Shown here: positions 101,701 to 104,116 of the stretch, piece by piece
Layout: every line of letters begins with the position of its first letter
Position numbering within the stretch: position 1 is the first letter of the stretch
Assembly: GCF_000737315.1 (NCBI RefSeq)
Contig: NZ_JMCB01000003.1
Location: forward strand, 144,001 to 268,000
DNA from: Hyalangium minutum
Lineage (GTDB): Bacteria > Myxococcota > Myxococcia > Myxococcales > Myxococcaceae
DNA length: 124,000 nt
Direction of reading: 5' to 3'
Made by a program: the position numbers and the translations under genes
The notes under the pieces: model-generated
Told to the model about the DNA's origin: nothing
The model's input: only the letters and a program-made list of their open reading frames with translations
Database searches by the model: none

Positions 101701-103250
101701 CCTCGCTGCCCACCGGGTACGGCGCACCCTTGTTCCAGGTCCAAGGGCAACTCGCGGCGGACCAGCCCTGTGATCCGGCGCAGCCCTGGTTCGCCTGTCA
101801 GCAGGGACAGCGCTGCCTACCCTCGGTGGACGGTTACCAGTGCCAGGACGCCGCATGCGCCAGCGCGCAGGACGAAGATAGCGATGGGTGGAGCGGCTAT
101901 CCCCAGGATCCGGGCTGTACGTCGCCGGATGATCAGGACGAGTCGGACCCCGAGACTGCACCTGCCTGCTCCAACGGTGCGGACGACGACGGCGACGGGC
102001 GTACGGACTGGCCAGCCGATCCGGGCTGCAGCTCCGCCTCGGGGAACACCGAGTCGGGAGATGGCGAGCGGTGCGAGGCACCTGCGGAAGTGACTGCATC
102101 CACCACGGTGGTGGACTTCTCGGAGGCGGCCTCGGACGAGACGCTGCTCTGTGATGCCCGGCCTGTCGGCGACAAGGTGTTGAGCGTCCGGATGCCAGGG
102201 GCTGGCACCATGGTGCTCACTTCCAGCCCGGAGATCTCAGCGCTGGCGCTTCGTCCGGCCTGCGCGGAGGAGCATGCGGACGTGAGATGCCTCTCGACCT
102301 TGACGGCGCCCTTGTACACCAAGGTGCCGTTGGAGGCAGGGGCCTATTCGATCGTGCTCAAGGGGACAGGGACCGCGACGCTTCGAGTCTCGGGCTTCTT
102401 GAATCACGGCGCTGGCTGCGATCCCGCGATGCCTTGGTTCAAGTGCGTGGCTCCGGCGTCCTGTACCATGGGCCCCACGGGCGCCACCTGCGTCGCTCCG
102501 GTGTGCTCGAACGGGCTGGATGACGATGGCGATGGCAAAGTGGATTTCCCGTCGGATCCAGGGTGCAGCTCGATGTGGGATATGGATGAGTCGGATCCTC
102601 CGGCGACTCCCGCCTGCCGTGACGGTGTGGACAACGATGGAGACGGGCTCACGGACTGGCCCGTCGATCCAGGCTGCGAGATCCGGGACGATCTGGATGA
102701 GGCCGATCTCTCCACGCCTCCTCAATGCTCCAACGGTGTGGACGACGACGGTGACGGCCTGATCGACTACGGCTCCGATCCGGAGTGCTCCAGTGCGGGC
102801 TCGGACAGCGAGGGTCTCTTCCAGGGCGTGCTGGCACAGCACCTGTCCTCGCAGACGTCCGGCTATTTGCCCTTCACCGCCACCAGCCGGCTCCCGCTGA
102901 TGACCTGCTTCGAGTCCAACCGGGAGCTCAAGAAGGTCTTCCAGTTCGTGGCGCCCAATACGGGGCGGTACATCATTCCTCCCAGCTGGCCCTCGGGCAG
103001 AGTGCGGTTCTCCGTCGACGTGGTCGGGCCCGACCGGGGACAGATCATCTGTGCCAACGACTCCGCGCAGCTGTCGCTAAGACAGGGGGACGAGATCATC
103101 GTCACTGTCGGAGGGGATGACACCTATGGTGGGAATGGCACCGGCGGGGTGATGCAGATCCACTTCATGTACTCTGAACCGCAGCAGATCGTCTCCCCAT
103201 GGCTCCCACCCCCTGAGCTCGATTGGCAGTGGACGGGCGTCATCCCATGA
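71784..103250 (+). CDS. Giant secreted multi-domain protein (Ig-like arrays, IPT/TIG, SbsA-type Ig, LVIVD propellers, Cys/Asp repeats), 10,488 aa
   Basis: Signal peptide; many D..PP.V....P Ig starts; 14 P..G...GG..V...G.GF IPT/TIG motifs; L.VVD.S.P..P LVIVD motifs; uninterrupted GC3-rich frame. Confidence 0.9.
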   Translation: MSLPGGRMLRAAALLALVLPLTAWSATVTAAFPLVPLRPGATTAEVGVEVQGPAEQVLISVTGQSASRGSFASLANVVVDRDQAGAVSFHTLVTFSQPFPEDGVLEVVARPVGDGEDTSLTTRFDAAAPPPRFGPTPLRVRADLDNQTIILELAYAGNAVAAEASVVGASAEELRRVQGSLEDVEPVSFVQARRLLARPSTATPGRIVFAVPLGTAPIPHDGVVIADVALRDAFGRTVHTSAVEFTQATAFDPVVGVSVEPSPLLLSEGFGQRVPLQVAGSFAIAGEVDLSGAHRGVQYRSLDEGVASVTEDGQVVARANGETDIEISYAGYTATAHVVVDSSAVVERLEVMPEAPVIPRVGGSIRLGLEGVLSDGRRVDLSSRTLGTTWSSLDPSVLTVHSDGRAVGLRPGTARVEARNAGYSALRVVEVQDGPPEISLSAPSQVVEGADFELKARAQDDVALAFVEFLVNGVVTTRLTAPPFTIKLRAPPVAGGEMVIGAVAVDSHGSRTRATDVTLKVQPGQGASSKTIVYETPLPGALLLEGLPHTVSLTSGDARSGTLSPQDFQLVRYYADGALLGTVRTPRVEMRNLEEDPTEPPEYVAVPLWELSYVPRAGTAGTVVALYAEAVDARGATARGATILVRIARDGPPLVTLRSPSGPRVQATAGRPVQLTGLVEDDTVTLGVELSLLVDGAQVSSTRLVGEGLGGTRAGSAPFSISWTPPVSSIGRLVRLQFMARDVGDHESRASLEASVVADAPPQISLQTPPPGSQVLAGTTQFLTASVVDDSAGPVEVTWRVNGVPVGASRSPPYRTSWSVPTSAAGSTLQLQATARDSTGNEAQASGELFVVSDTTRPSISLVVPRPLAEVPETQDLVVSVAGQDDATVKKVEVLLEGEVLATDDDPGPNGTQLGSFLTHTLVRSAQLMGRQQIRLGARAYDASGNVGSAPEVLVKVLPDAPPTVRFVLPAANTRATIGTPLELIAEADDDVAVSSVEFFADGNSSCRATLPPYRCTITVTGPARTLHLRAVASDAGGRSSSAEVAVQVSEDREPPLVAFRSPSEGSFTFAGRNLSVEVAASDDVGVRDVRLELDGQTVGTQSGGVVDGLYRLFRWQVPIPAGAAGHTLAFKAVATDTSGLTRERLLEVRARRDEAPAVSLTSPAPNSFYKEGEDVRLVVTVADDEGVIGLVGLSGGRRQGTLAQSGPLLDVSRPQALTVRAPSIFRGEPPTVGAEARDTAGQSGVATVMLNVARDLEPPSALMISPLPPATGHLRVNEGGAFSLRVEVEDDVRVVRVAAVVDGQELPVVNGREPLGPQNERFEEVRVQDPVMPGQIIVSRRYLGTFAGTASLAQYSVGLHTLAARAYDAGGNATTTPALSFEILEVQDLAPPRVTLTLEGGPDERTCVAGAPMKLRVSATDDVSIREASVTFEGQPVTIRNPPERSPRNWQEEIPFQFPPLGTGGRRTVTFLARVTDGAQHTGVVSRTCELTPDGPPQILVVSPTARAALTEEGTEPVQVDVSDDVGVRRGLRVLSTSAVAVPGIGSFEVTATAAHEGLGVPSATLIPGDGPGFSVEALEGRLLISPPGEGQGTGTTAPGRLRLNVEPSPAGHGALAQVRFRYVVKPGHEGSTALQSFRSAFPDGVGSVTLSAPAFSADLSFPSQDIEMEEVDIQLSKASANAEELAVTRLGLRGWGTPQLQLRAEAAGERVAVQRWNTGVAPSRPGQVKRIDEAVWLPRGQAPRDSQLTVLAEDVAGLVGRVAIPIVARTDTDPPTASIVSPGNGASVVEDTVFEVQVSAQDNARLDQLELWVDGQSRQVMRVGPGPSGSPQAHRFSLSLPLPASGYPAALSVVARDGAGNATASDTAYVRVIPDVAPSVTFQSLTSAVESFTRTELDSGYVVMLQGVPATLGMLLEDDAGLASMRVQFGDQVVKEESFTGAPLTAGRQVTFTPPVGRDGAPVVLLVSLTDSAGHTRQTRLLIESRRPRPPALALAAPTPGATIAEGSIQLLFDAVAVDDTGVDHVQLFINGQPALILTRGEPIAWNLDPQSGAVVVADPALRQAVASLPPEDQDLQRLRHYRGQVKLPPGFVALVPGRTDAALQLRTIAADKEGHETVLDQPLRIEADVATPLVEVLRPVLGRNVVEGTSVLVEVSARDNVLVDRVEILAGPSASELRVVHTAGGFPPTNAVPGSPFDVYAPLVQYAFTVPTLAQLGSTVPVPYFVAARARDISGNWTAPADFVIQPIEIIQDQPPGVSILSPADGTPAVANSTITVSVMAEDDVAVGNVRLEVDGTPLPVTLHAPPFSFHVPVPDRAGELRLRAVAVDSGGHQVGSQVVILPLRDDLAPTVAVAQPRPEARLTEGRDFALVVAAQDDVAIRSVEVLVEGGLAGPLRLVASNLPYSFRVPLPPGSAGRTLRIVARARDSAGHESVAPEVTALAVADTSRPTVAWLRPAAGSQALEGSVVELEVDARDDVAVNSLELRLNDQPLAIMPTPPFRMTYHVPAQGGGQALVFSAIARDPSGNQTVETRRLEIAEDEPPSVSVIAPTRLVVGNPALLRAQASDDVAVTEIGFHVGSDPAALSEVARRYQLPYEFRYAATEADVGKVLTIRGRAMDLAGHEAWSVPVQALVVPDTPPTVAVRKPLAGEAIFEGQRLRLEVEATDVEGPIKQVAFFVDGRKVHVATTPAGIPGSPNLFATSYSPPVGSGNRLLRITAVAVDSANQETESAPVVVGTVRDTVPPETQLVDPMVWELVTEAEPVEWTAAALDESAVVGVRFLVDGQQVGPPSTVPRPGPSNRPLYYGTWLPPSGAAGQTRTLTAEATDPSQNVGRAEPVTVELGMRPEPAVELVVEPYARRQAGMAADGEGLVIHGALLKDVPLPPPNDTVKRDEGRLALARLDLNGLAPLGTVKVTGSPVSQTLLGRLALVAMGPVFDPVGKKTIPAQLQVVDLSNTAVPRLRGVVDLPSDDVHQVVARDRLAFVANGTSGVAVLELGNPDAPQRAFTRPTVGPARGVAVTDQWLLVAAGSGGLRVLDVRDPYLRELGFVALPGEANRVEVVGSRAYVGCSNAQAPLAVVDLSRPAQPRLMSLLSHAPRRPDLLASEVTDVAVSGGVALVTTAITDQDAEPVKGILSASTVKADGAASTFVRANLPGARDVLFSQGRPVALLGDSAMGAFTLPRLAVTDVSPVDGTGQVPPTAQVTVTFSRLLQGASVTEQTVLLRAQDAVLGPVVPATVTVNETRILVAPRAPLPTNTEIFLTVLPTVTGEGGVTLGERFVSRFRTSPVDGLPPQVADVQPPAGPVDGGTRVRVWGLHFAPGARVLFSGQEATQVQVAADGRSLDAVTPPNLEGAVVVTVVNPNGLEGSLLGGFLYLQILDVSMVVPATGSLAGGNLVELSGSGFQRGATVRFDGVPATDVRVLSPGRISLRTPPGHFGTVDVRVDNPDGRYVVKPDAFLYSNLVVSRVLGRHIPDPQYDGPIRPAEKLPQGVPRAVVMQGGLAWLLSDGTAALQAHSPEELLQDSIQAAVTLVDVSDPDNAAVRSGVSIAPPYQPRALAVRGTTAYVAADAAELPYVDVVGEGGPSLLVVDASVLQAPRMVTAVPFEGTARAVAVADDLALVAAGAGGLAVFSVADPLRPVLTGSIQSMRVRGEVRAVNVVDVAASGRYALVRAGTNAGTFTLVLDLATPGIEVVGEASDLGPMALQGRRGLTLGNGQIRTLSFSPPTWPRNLVGMSSLVGGTPVTVAVGPHVGAAGTEVSRPGNSGSGKLEVSLSADPSRPRAVDAVDLYPAARFGGVAVERDVAVISISALLTKKGEVVADPTLALGSDGLAVVRMPFLMGMRSQPADGDTEVPPSTPLRLEFNREVAGASPQTVRLIRQDGSVNGVVEPAEIQTLGRTVLLLPAQPLAPSTTYRVVADQLTDALTRAEMAGPFYLEFSTASSSAAMPVSISGLTPREGPAAGGTLVTVTGTGFEPGATVRFGGVPATQVTVSEDGTQLTARTAANTAGAATLEVTNPSGSVARRLGAFLFTQPLSVLAAAPGRGPASGGTRVILSGTGFSSTGTVQVRFGGVPALRTRVLGLNRLEVYTPRGLRGTVDIQVTNPDGSQATLEDGFIFDQPGGASVALSDRPVDVVVIGDSALVLQRGGLSVVDLSGLYLKGPLKDTPIPPDLVDGLVDVDNDRKDDRLVSFLPIPDALSLAYPSTWGHRLFVGTGGWDSKLQQWTAGEVLEVAIADLAHPAISARTAAVEGPVFGLDVKDERLLAATGQKGLSSFDRSYAPFLVGQLPMQGAAQSVAGSAGMAVVGVGQRDATSFAVSAGALRIVSTEASPSLRGALPLNIQRARWKGDVAVVAAGDAGLVLVSAANPDQPQVLASVLVGGFAWDVRLQGNLAYVAAGTAGVAVVDLTDLLHPRVLYHVTGARGGTAKLVEMTAGGRLVSMRDRGTQGWSVDFGRPSELAVVSASVAPDEVVPLSLPSVTVTLSAGLLHTSAPEAFSFTANGAPVPGTLEAGTPELPVSTLVFRPSEPLPSGAELRLALGTSLRSLLGDALIAPFEVRFFAAGGTGERPQLLQVVPRVGPSEGGTEIELLGTGFVPGTTVRIGAAPALVLSLSSTRMTVRVPPGEPGLADVVVVHPSGVTARRSGGYFYSAPLFASASIPRFLNPKGGSTVRVTGRGFLPTWSSPLGSTRVLIRGLPARSVSVESTTQLVAVAGPGSFGDADVELVAADGLQRASSPSPVGYGLPFSGKVVGASVRPVALAGNPALPLLPFAAAGASVEGNTFPQPYTGPMTGGGLVPESFRMVAYDVTRVGRPELAGASVVDPPDHDVDYLIGSLPYLAQRELPLPEVELMPDSFDVALRGTQLLVANGASGLAVIDASGTTLEQWPLLGRGGIGSVLGQEYATRLLATPTGAWVFSNPLEDNLLPEEIPCKSPTDEHYPAAGSGGQLQLFDTRSPSDPVLLGSIGSGSAQEPYGATVAGGRLLVAMGNHAGVIYCTETPFPPPPWASLTTGRRTRFLGLDPSDDYRSEDAPIIMMKTPHGALELYDSAGVGAQRLARRPYPYSLTDVVVVRDVAIASAAEFGLIFFDVRPDNPQAPQELLRLPFDQSLSNTPGHPERLRLIGDLLFVAASSGSVYVLDVSDPRHPEFLSGGNTEFAYDVLPVGDRLMLASRQELTELSMPFLLPLSTTPERDALVPPSLSQLEVRFNRPLAPATVNDISVQLIGPSGPVPLELSVVAEHATLTYAVRAQLPEEGLEPGATYEVRIASTVADQRGGGMIRPFRTAFRTGAAGSHAPRIDAVQPSAVSMAGGQQVVIQGSGLSGVASVRIGGATASFTAAGDTELHVTVPPSTRPGPADVRIEDAGGPWSLLPHGVLYLSPLASAHASLVPDHGPVEGGTEVKVSFSGASPVAPGTRVFIGDREGVNVDVVSLSTLRFTTPRPDGPGLVPVKLERPGEVSETVGYFSYDLPTGTTVDLPGFPPRETSEVVLSGDLLFAGVPTAGYEGLELFNIRVPEHPVRLGGLRTEGAVRGLDARGALALLATDAFGLVAVDVQDTARPFTVGRGATAGLATGIRLEGNVAHVSVTQMDGGAGYVQTFDVSQPSLPLLSTTPLTEDALALDHAPGRFYALTSNVRTGQPDGLRLTVYTRQGQRLGGVVVDATPRSYAELVRSRLTVRGGRAYVTLGSRLYVFDMSDETAPQVLQSTELGAPARGLTWAGGSLLVSTTGSSTLVTVPPTDLLVVGTSPVNGALASPLTSIRVDMSLPVREDTVTAGTFEVVQVGSAGPVPVPGHREVVFATRGSSLVFTPEDPLEPGAQIEVKVEGVLGFDTRPLAHPASFAFTVAGEDALQPWVERLEPASGLFTDFTATTVRGAGFRQGVTVRIAGQNATVVSVQEDQLGIVVPPSLTSAGPASVEVIDPSGLSAVRLGGFLYREPLRLALLSPDRAPQQGGVAVELRGTGFMPGLVVRFGGTGSFQVDVPSMERAVAVAPPHAQGLVDVEAVLGSQSAVKARSFLYGTGAVSRLPTPPVRDVRVEGTVAYVALGGETEIVGLDAEGHLITLEQRRKTDSGGLMVADLSEPTVAREIRRVNVSAQGGVRRMARAGNTLYLAAGSAGVVAVDVSQPANASETLRLSVQGEAVDVVTAGSLIFVADGSGVRVFRTGETEQPMLVAQRALPGGASALALYGGLLLVSNASATDARLYVLDARRGDLAPLAQEAHLPLSAPARHIAVEGTRAFVSLGRAGQVAIVELADPTAPAPAGTLVLKDELHQGWTSAEQTLVAGDVVWVAGGGGKVQRFAALVGQQPQWLETASVLGDAKALARSGRYLMAGTLLLDVNGRPVEMPLADTRDAAGTLTGGLVSVALDHLELRGTVPVAGAVVQVGVVPEVLLSALPDMATAGAVRLEGTDGVEVRVARQGRADTEGGRLALIPQSPLAVGTDYVLRVGGTLADLAGRPLGTDVGVRFRTGPIASPEQPVITAMSPVTGLEAGGDTAVLTGEGFMPGCQVWVGDTLASGVTVSSDGGRITLIVPPGPAGAAAVRVRNPNGLEALQLGLYRYLVAPELTQVSPAQAPFNSRQRVVLTGKGFAATTQVTFGGRPALHPVMDSQGRISVEVPDDVTGVVEVAVATPMPGGALVARRPDGFTYTLKPLGGVGGNTEALAVAGRVLLAARAGRLVAFDLTRPGDLPEVANVPGVTSAGGLVVSGDEAWLAGQGEVVRYALEGCGAGLPVSCPLQVVERIPLVASGVASVAAGQGSAYVTVAGGSDVVLLGRVDGATRVVAQVNVGPGVVRGVAMAGPVLAVLVQGSQSSRLELRDVADGSLTLVGEVPGLYWTVNRLAAEGTRVAVASGAGVRLYETAEPAVPVELGRFEGQGSAYTVALSGPWALASGDFGLAWLDTTQGLKRRTSGSTYGWAGNVAVGAGVAVAASAYELRAFELPYPTVTGQEPSPGGALPREAAVSVTLADRLPPSVVQGTAMELVGPAGAISGTRTVQGSAVLFRPSAVLTPGERVQARVTLGATPYVGGTVLGPWTWSILPSAEAPSLRVDALVPDHGDVSGGYPVVLAGAGFDAQTQVWFGTRAATVVPPVSTDAIHVLAPASPVPGPVRVRVSPGVAGTPVDVPGGFVYLAPLAISRVTPPRVDLGGGAVTVEGTGFNRSLTARLGGLVAPVSDFTPTSFKLSVPAGPSGWLALEVAQAGTPPVTLAQAVLRADGVAPTVTAWEPLDTVGTGQVPLNSIFTVRFNEPIDPATATHVRLVRQGGTVPESGTHTVAPDGLSVTFTPAAALPSTTAFTLSAAGVADLFGNAIANTAAARKDFRSRDVVPPNVYVRLESSTEPLAPGTLLAAEVSWSFRVVASDDSGQVSLRQLWVDGAAVSVDWDGKATYRWPAIMSSRPSTLKVRAEDSAGNGTESEVTVQVVEDMPPTVAITQPSTPVVQVEQGVSLTVALAASDNHGVSAVELRLDGVPIKRASSLTGTNATLSHVLYLPTQGTYQLTALAMDDRGQLTSSESVSVQVLPDTTPPQLAWVLPMAGTKLIGGGRYPLQVSATDLNGVAEVSFRIDGQLVATRTAPPWSMDWDAPAVTSAGTRLLEARARDAQGNEAGASQTVTVAPPSTSRPTIVLDGFSTSYGYPEGTAVTVRARVTSEIPLQSVRLSLGAETVTLTQPPWQLTFVAPRVPPPSQLVRLRGTAVDLLGRESFPVEYDVTVQDDGRQPVLALDMNPQGPSLLGGSTLQVGGLDGGVLTGTVVRVSEVLQPAETDGGYTLPFEPEAAPVRVSARMDAWDGGMVTLERQGTLTAFANGATVSVAAADEPVLDLATSGPWEWVARDQSGGHTRLELRDAATQALTAERSLDGTAVAVAFERGRAVVALRTGGRGRVDMMSVPALETVGSFSVRRIPRALETTSFGLAIGTDEGLELWSSGGMLASRLPLGDVLGVSAEGDRLAVLTNSTLYEVDASVPHAPALVASVPVAGATGVVALADARRCVVGATARCFRVEGTALTLQGEARLPDTAIAADGPGPWLLAGTASGLSVVDARGAPSMAGYYPALAGRVAAGDGRIVAAAPGRSSLLKLRRSVGAPTVHLELPPSAAPGARVPVVASVEGLSDPRDGYTAELRVRGTAVQVLKGRLPQSVDLPRDGTAAQVALRVVDLAGHEALAQGTVALVDDGAGPALAALQARAEVPSGAFFSLAAVPADPARVASVEYSVDSTVLGRADAPALAWRLRAPTVSTDTAFTVSAVALDAQGRRGAPVQASVWVRAGTGAALPTVSLARVGTGSIQEGTEVRVRATLTPSVPVAEVRFKMDGEEQQRLMLPPYEAVLRMPVGTGSRGVTVEAVAVDDQGRESAAALLPLTVVDDLTPPVVALEVDPSGEVLTAGSRVRATAIASDGGALESWSVRALLANVELASGGGRLDFTVPASTPAGTLVEIVATARDVAGNVATSRVTKTVLAPVLPDGGVVVAGDFVGADRLTLRGDFVYATTPRGLAVGRVRWGETPTIEPVSFLATDVAPSSLAVQGPWAVLVLPGRGLSIVNIADPAQPRVRGTLAGTFTKALAGDGLYVQGNSLFELDLEVPSTPVLRNMAVSATAVDGTADGVVFNSYSYLMVRARLTSGLSGYLSLLWPVGVPQTARWNDGKLLVGTDRSLAVLVRSGDSLGVAQEVPLPAGVRAMAVADGRVWLACTDGKLRWVDVRNPTAAQVIAQEALPARALEVSGGLMLATTAQGIFVRRLPNLGAAGSALSTPVGGLTLDDAPRAVTSFRRGVLVAAGLAGVQRIVLDDPSHPSRVSQSVAGLALKQVERTGEQVFTLNGTTLSIHVEQWDGSLVRDGGASDRLAALGSVERFAVSPRRLWAVSGGTVSSMGLPSVDQKVSLLLGSATLDVAGDETRAVVALGRAGAAVVLVDGAGTLRLGAMIPEVHTDAVAVDGDLALLGGPSGLAVVDLSAASGPVRRASLPTAGAVRRVRLEGRLALVSEGSAGVELWNVSQPAAPVLLGKLSTPRAEDAVVAAGHIVVADSVAGVKVFSLPAAGVNPVVRVVPDASSVEAGSWLEVSARVSGVQVDTAELLVEGQVLSRMDERAAVGRYLVPKQAVVGRELAVQVRARTASGAETLSAPVFVRVSAPTNLPEIVLYPNSPNSGWSYYSASSISVSAVYGGALAPVSARVRWAGQDLGALTVMDTSIHGELRMPVVGADTTGTLEFVLVDAAGRIKTASVPSIRVLAPQDPLPQSVYGLPSRLYSAPYDNAFTAQAYCYTWCNVRVERNGVTIASTLSTSPYTGWRSLPVSLVLPGETTGTQQTLTIVAEDSAGRQVRQEQRYTVLRDDLVPSVSLYAPYSASEGATVSVSAYASFPPGHQIRSLRLLANGVEIASVVGPTLSGVPYTFPSVSVTSTVRFEAIATDHLGREGRAEQLAQVLPDAPPSASMYASPTPVQGYPIYACINAADDVRLTAVTFKAGEETLWSCTSGCSAYFSTSFSKCVQSASRYTGSEIVLSAELTDSVGHTVTETRPYAVAQNQPPTVTLTSKSYLVAGQGGTPVYASAYDEAHMQSLKVRVGDTLIAQSTSSYYAQSGLSWSGSYTPSSPESFVLEAVAEDGAGLQTVLRKQVPVLPAGSGQSCEKPVPIGMDLTLRPPQVQLQSTFYSRCGTFYTGSWHTLPFDGPVEEISLRAYSDSWYWPTLIVKDGCDASAAQFCPYSSSSSDVSTRATSLSSQARVFLSQVTGDVYVSFARLGMGARCIPGSTSVVCSNSVCREQSSGEYRCAPEACRDGLDNDGDGRVDFPAEPGCTSATDDDETDPVPLPTCANGVDEDEDGAMDWPAETDCPSASSNGEHPTSCQVTPLTLLGSRMRIDFSQASNLDDLVCSTSGSGPDQVVRVEVPGQASLSGSLMEPYGYPKTLALRKSCTDGGAFLACAPAEWQSVWDDGRWVSQSVAMTSAEVGPGSYLFVADSSLPTGYGAPLFQVQGQLAADQPCDPAQPWFACQQGQRCLPSVDGYQCQDAACASAQDEDSDGWSGYPQDPGCTSPDDQDESDPETAPACSNGADDDGDGRTDWPADPGCSSASGNTESGDGERCEAPAEVTASTTVVDFSEAASDETLLCDARPVGDKVLSVRMPGAGTMVLTSSPEISALALRPACAEEHADVRCLSTLTAPLYTKVPLEAGAYSIVLKGTGTATLRVSGFLNHGAGCDPAMPWFKCVAPASCTMGPTGATCVAPVCSNGLDDDGDGKVDFPSDPGCSSMWDMDESDPPATPACRDGVDNDGDGLTDWPVDPGCEIRDDLDEADLSTPPQCSNGVDDDGDGLIDYGSDPECSSAGSDSEGLFQGVLAQHLSSQTSGYLPFTATSRLPLMTCFESNRELKKVFQFVAPNTGRYIIPPSWPSGRVRFSVDVVGPDRGQIICANDSAQLSLRQGDEIIVTVGGDDTYGGNGTGGVMQIHFMYSEPQQIVSPWLPPPELDWQWTGVIP
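101148..102790 (+). repeat. Seven C-x-[ND]G-x-D-x-D-x-DG-x2-D-x-P-x-DPGC-like repeats in giant protein C-terminus
   Basis: CRDGLDNDGDG, CANGVDEDEDG, CASAQDEDSDG, CSNGADDDGDG, CSNGLDDDGDG, CRDGVDNDGDG, CSNGVDDDGDG. Confidence 0.85.
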
Positions 103251-104116
103251 GGCCCTCAAGCGGAATAGGCAGCTGGCTCGTGTTGGCCCTCGCGGTGCTG
103301 TCCGGGTGCGATGACTCGCGAACGGTGGCGAAGGTGGGGCGCACGGGCCTGACGGTGGAGGACGTGACGCAGCTGCGCGCCGCGCAGAGCCCGAGCGTCC
103401 GCGCCGCGCCGGAGCAGACGCTGGAGGTGCTGGTGGATCGCGCCCTGCTGGCCGAGGAGGCCCGGCGCCAGAAACTGCACGAGCAGCCCACGGTGAAGGC
103501 CCAGCTCGCGGCCGCCGAGCGGGAGCTCCTGGCGCATGCGGTGCTGGAGCGGGCGGTGGCTCCCAGCGTGACGGACGAGGCGCTGCGCGCGCGCTACGAG
103601 GCCGCGCGCTCCCGGCTGGAGCGCCGCGAGGTGCACGTGGCCCAGATCTTCGCGCGGATGCCCGAGGGCTCTGATGAGAAGACTCGGCGCCAGGCGCAGG
103701 TGCGCATCAACCAAGCCTATGCCCGGCTCGCGGGCGGAGAGCCTTTCGAGACCGTGGCGCGCGAGCTGTCCGAGGACTTGGTGAGCGCGCCCCAAGGAGG
103801 AGAGCTCGGCGTGGTTCGGGAGGGAGGAGTGGATCCAGCGTTCTTCGCCCAGGCCGTGGCGCTGGCCGCAGGCGCTTGGTCCAAGCCGTTCATCACGCCC
103901 TTCGGCTGGCACGTGGTGAAGGCGCTTGAGGCGTCGAAGACGGTGGTGCCCTCCTTTGATGAGGCGAGAGGTGTGCTGGAGTCCGAGGCGCGCCAGGAGG
104001 CCCAGGCGAAGCTGATGGAGCGGCTGCGTCAGGAGATCTCGGTCCGTCGCTACCCGGAGCGGCTCAAGCTGGCAGAGGAGAAGAGCAAGCCCCAGGGCGA
104101 GGGGGAGGCGAGATGA
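103247..104116 (+). CDS. Parvulin-type peptidyl-prolyl isomerase lipoprotein (PpiC-3)
   Basis: VLSGC lipobox; VHVAQIF, SED..SAPQGGELG, FGWHVVK; ATGA overlaps both sides. Confidence 0.9.
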   Translation: MRPSSGIGSWLVLALAVLSGCDDSRTVAKVGRTGLTVEDVTQLRAAQSPSVRAAPEQTLEVLVDRALLAEEARRQKLHEQPTVKAQLAAAERELLAHAVLERAVAPSVTDEALRARYEAARSRLERREVHVAQIFARMPEGSDEKTRRQAQVRINQAYARLAGGEPFETVARELSEDLVSAPQGGELGVVREGGVDPAFFAQAVALAAGAWSKPFITPFGWHVVKALEASKTVVPSFDEARGVLESEARQEAQAKLMERLRQEISVRRYPERLKLAEEKSKPQGEGEAR

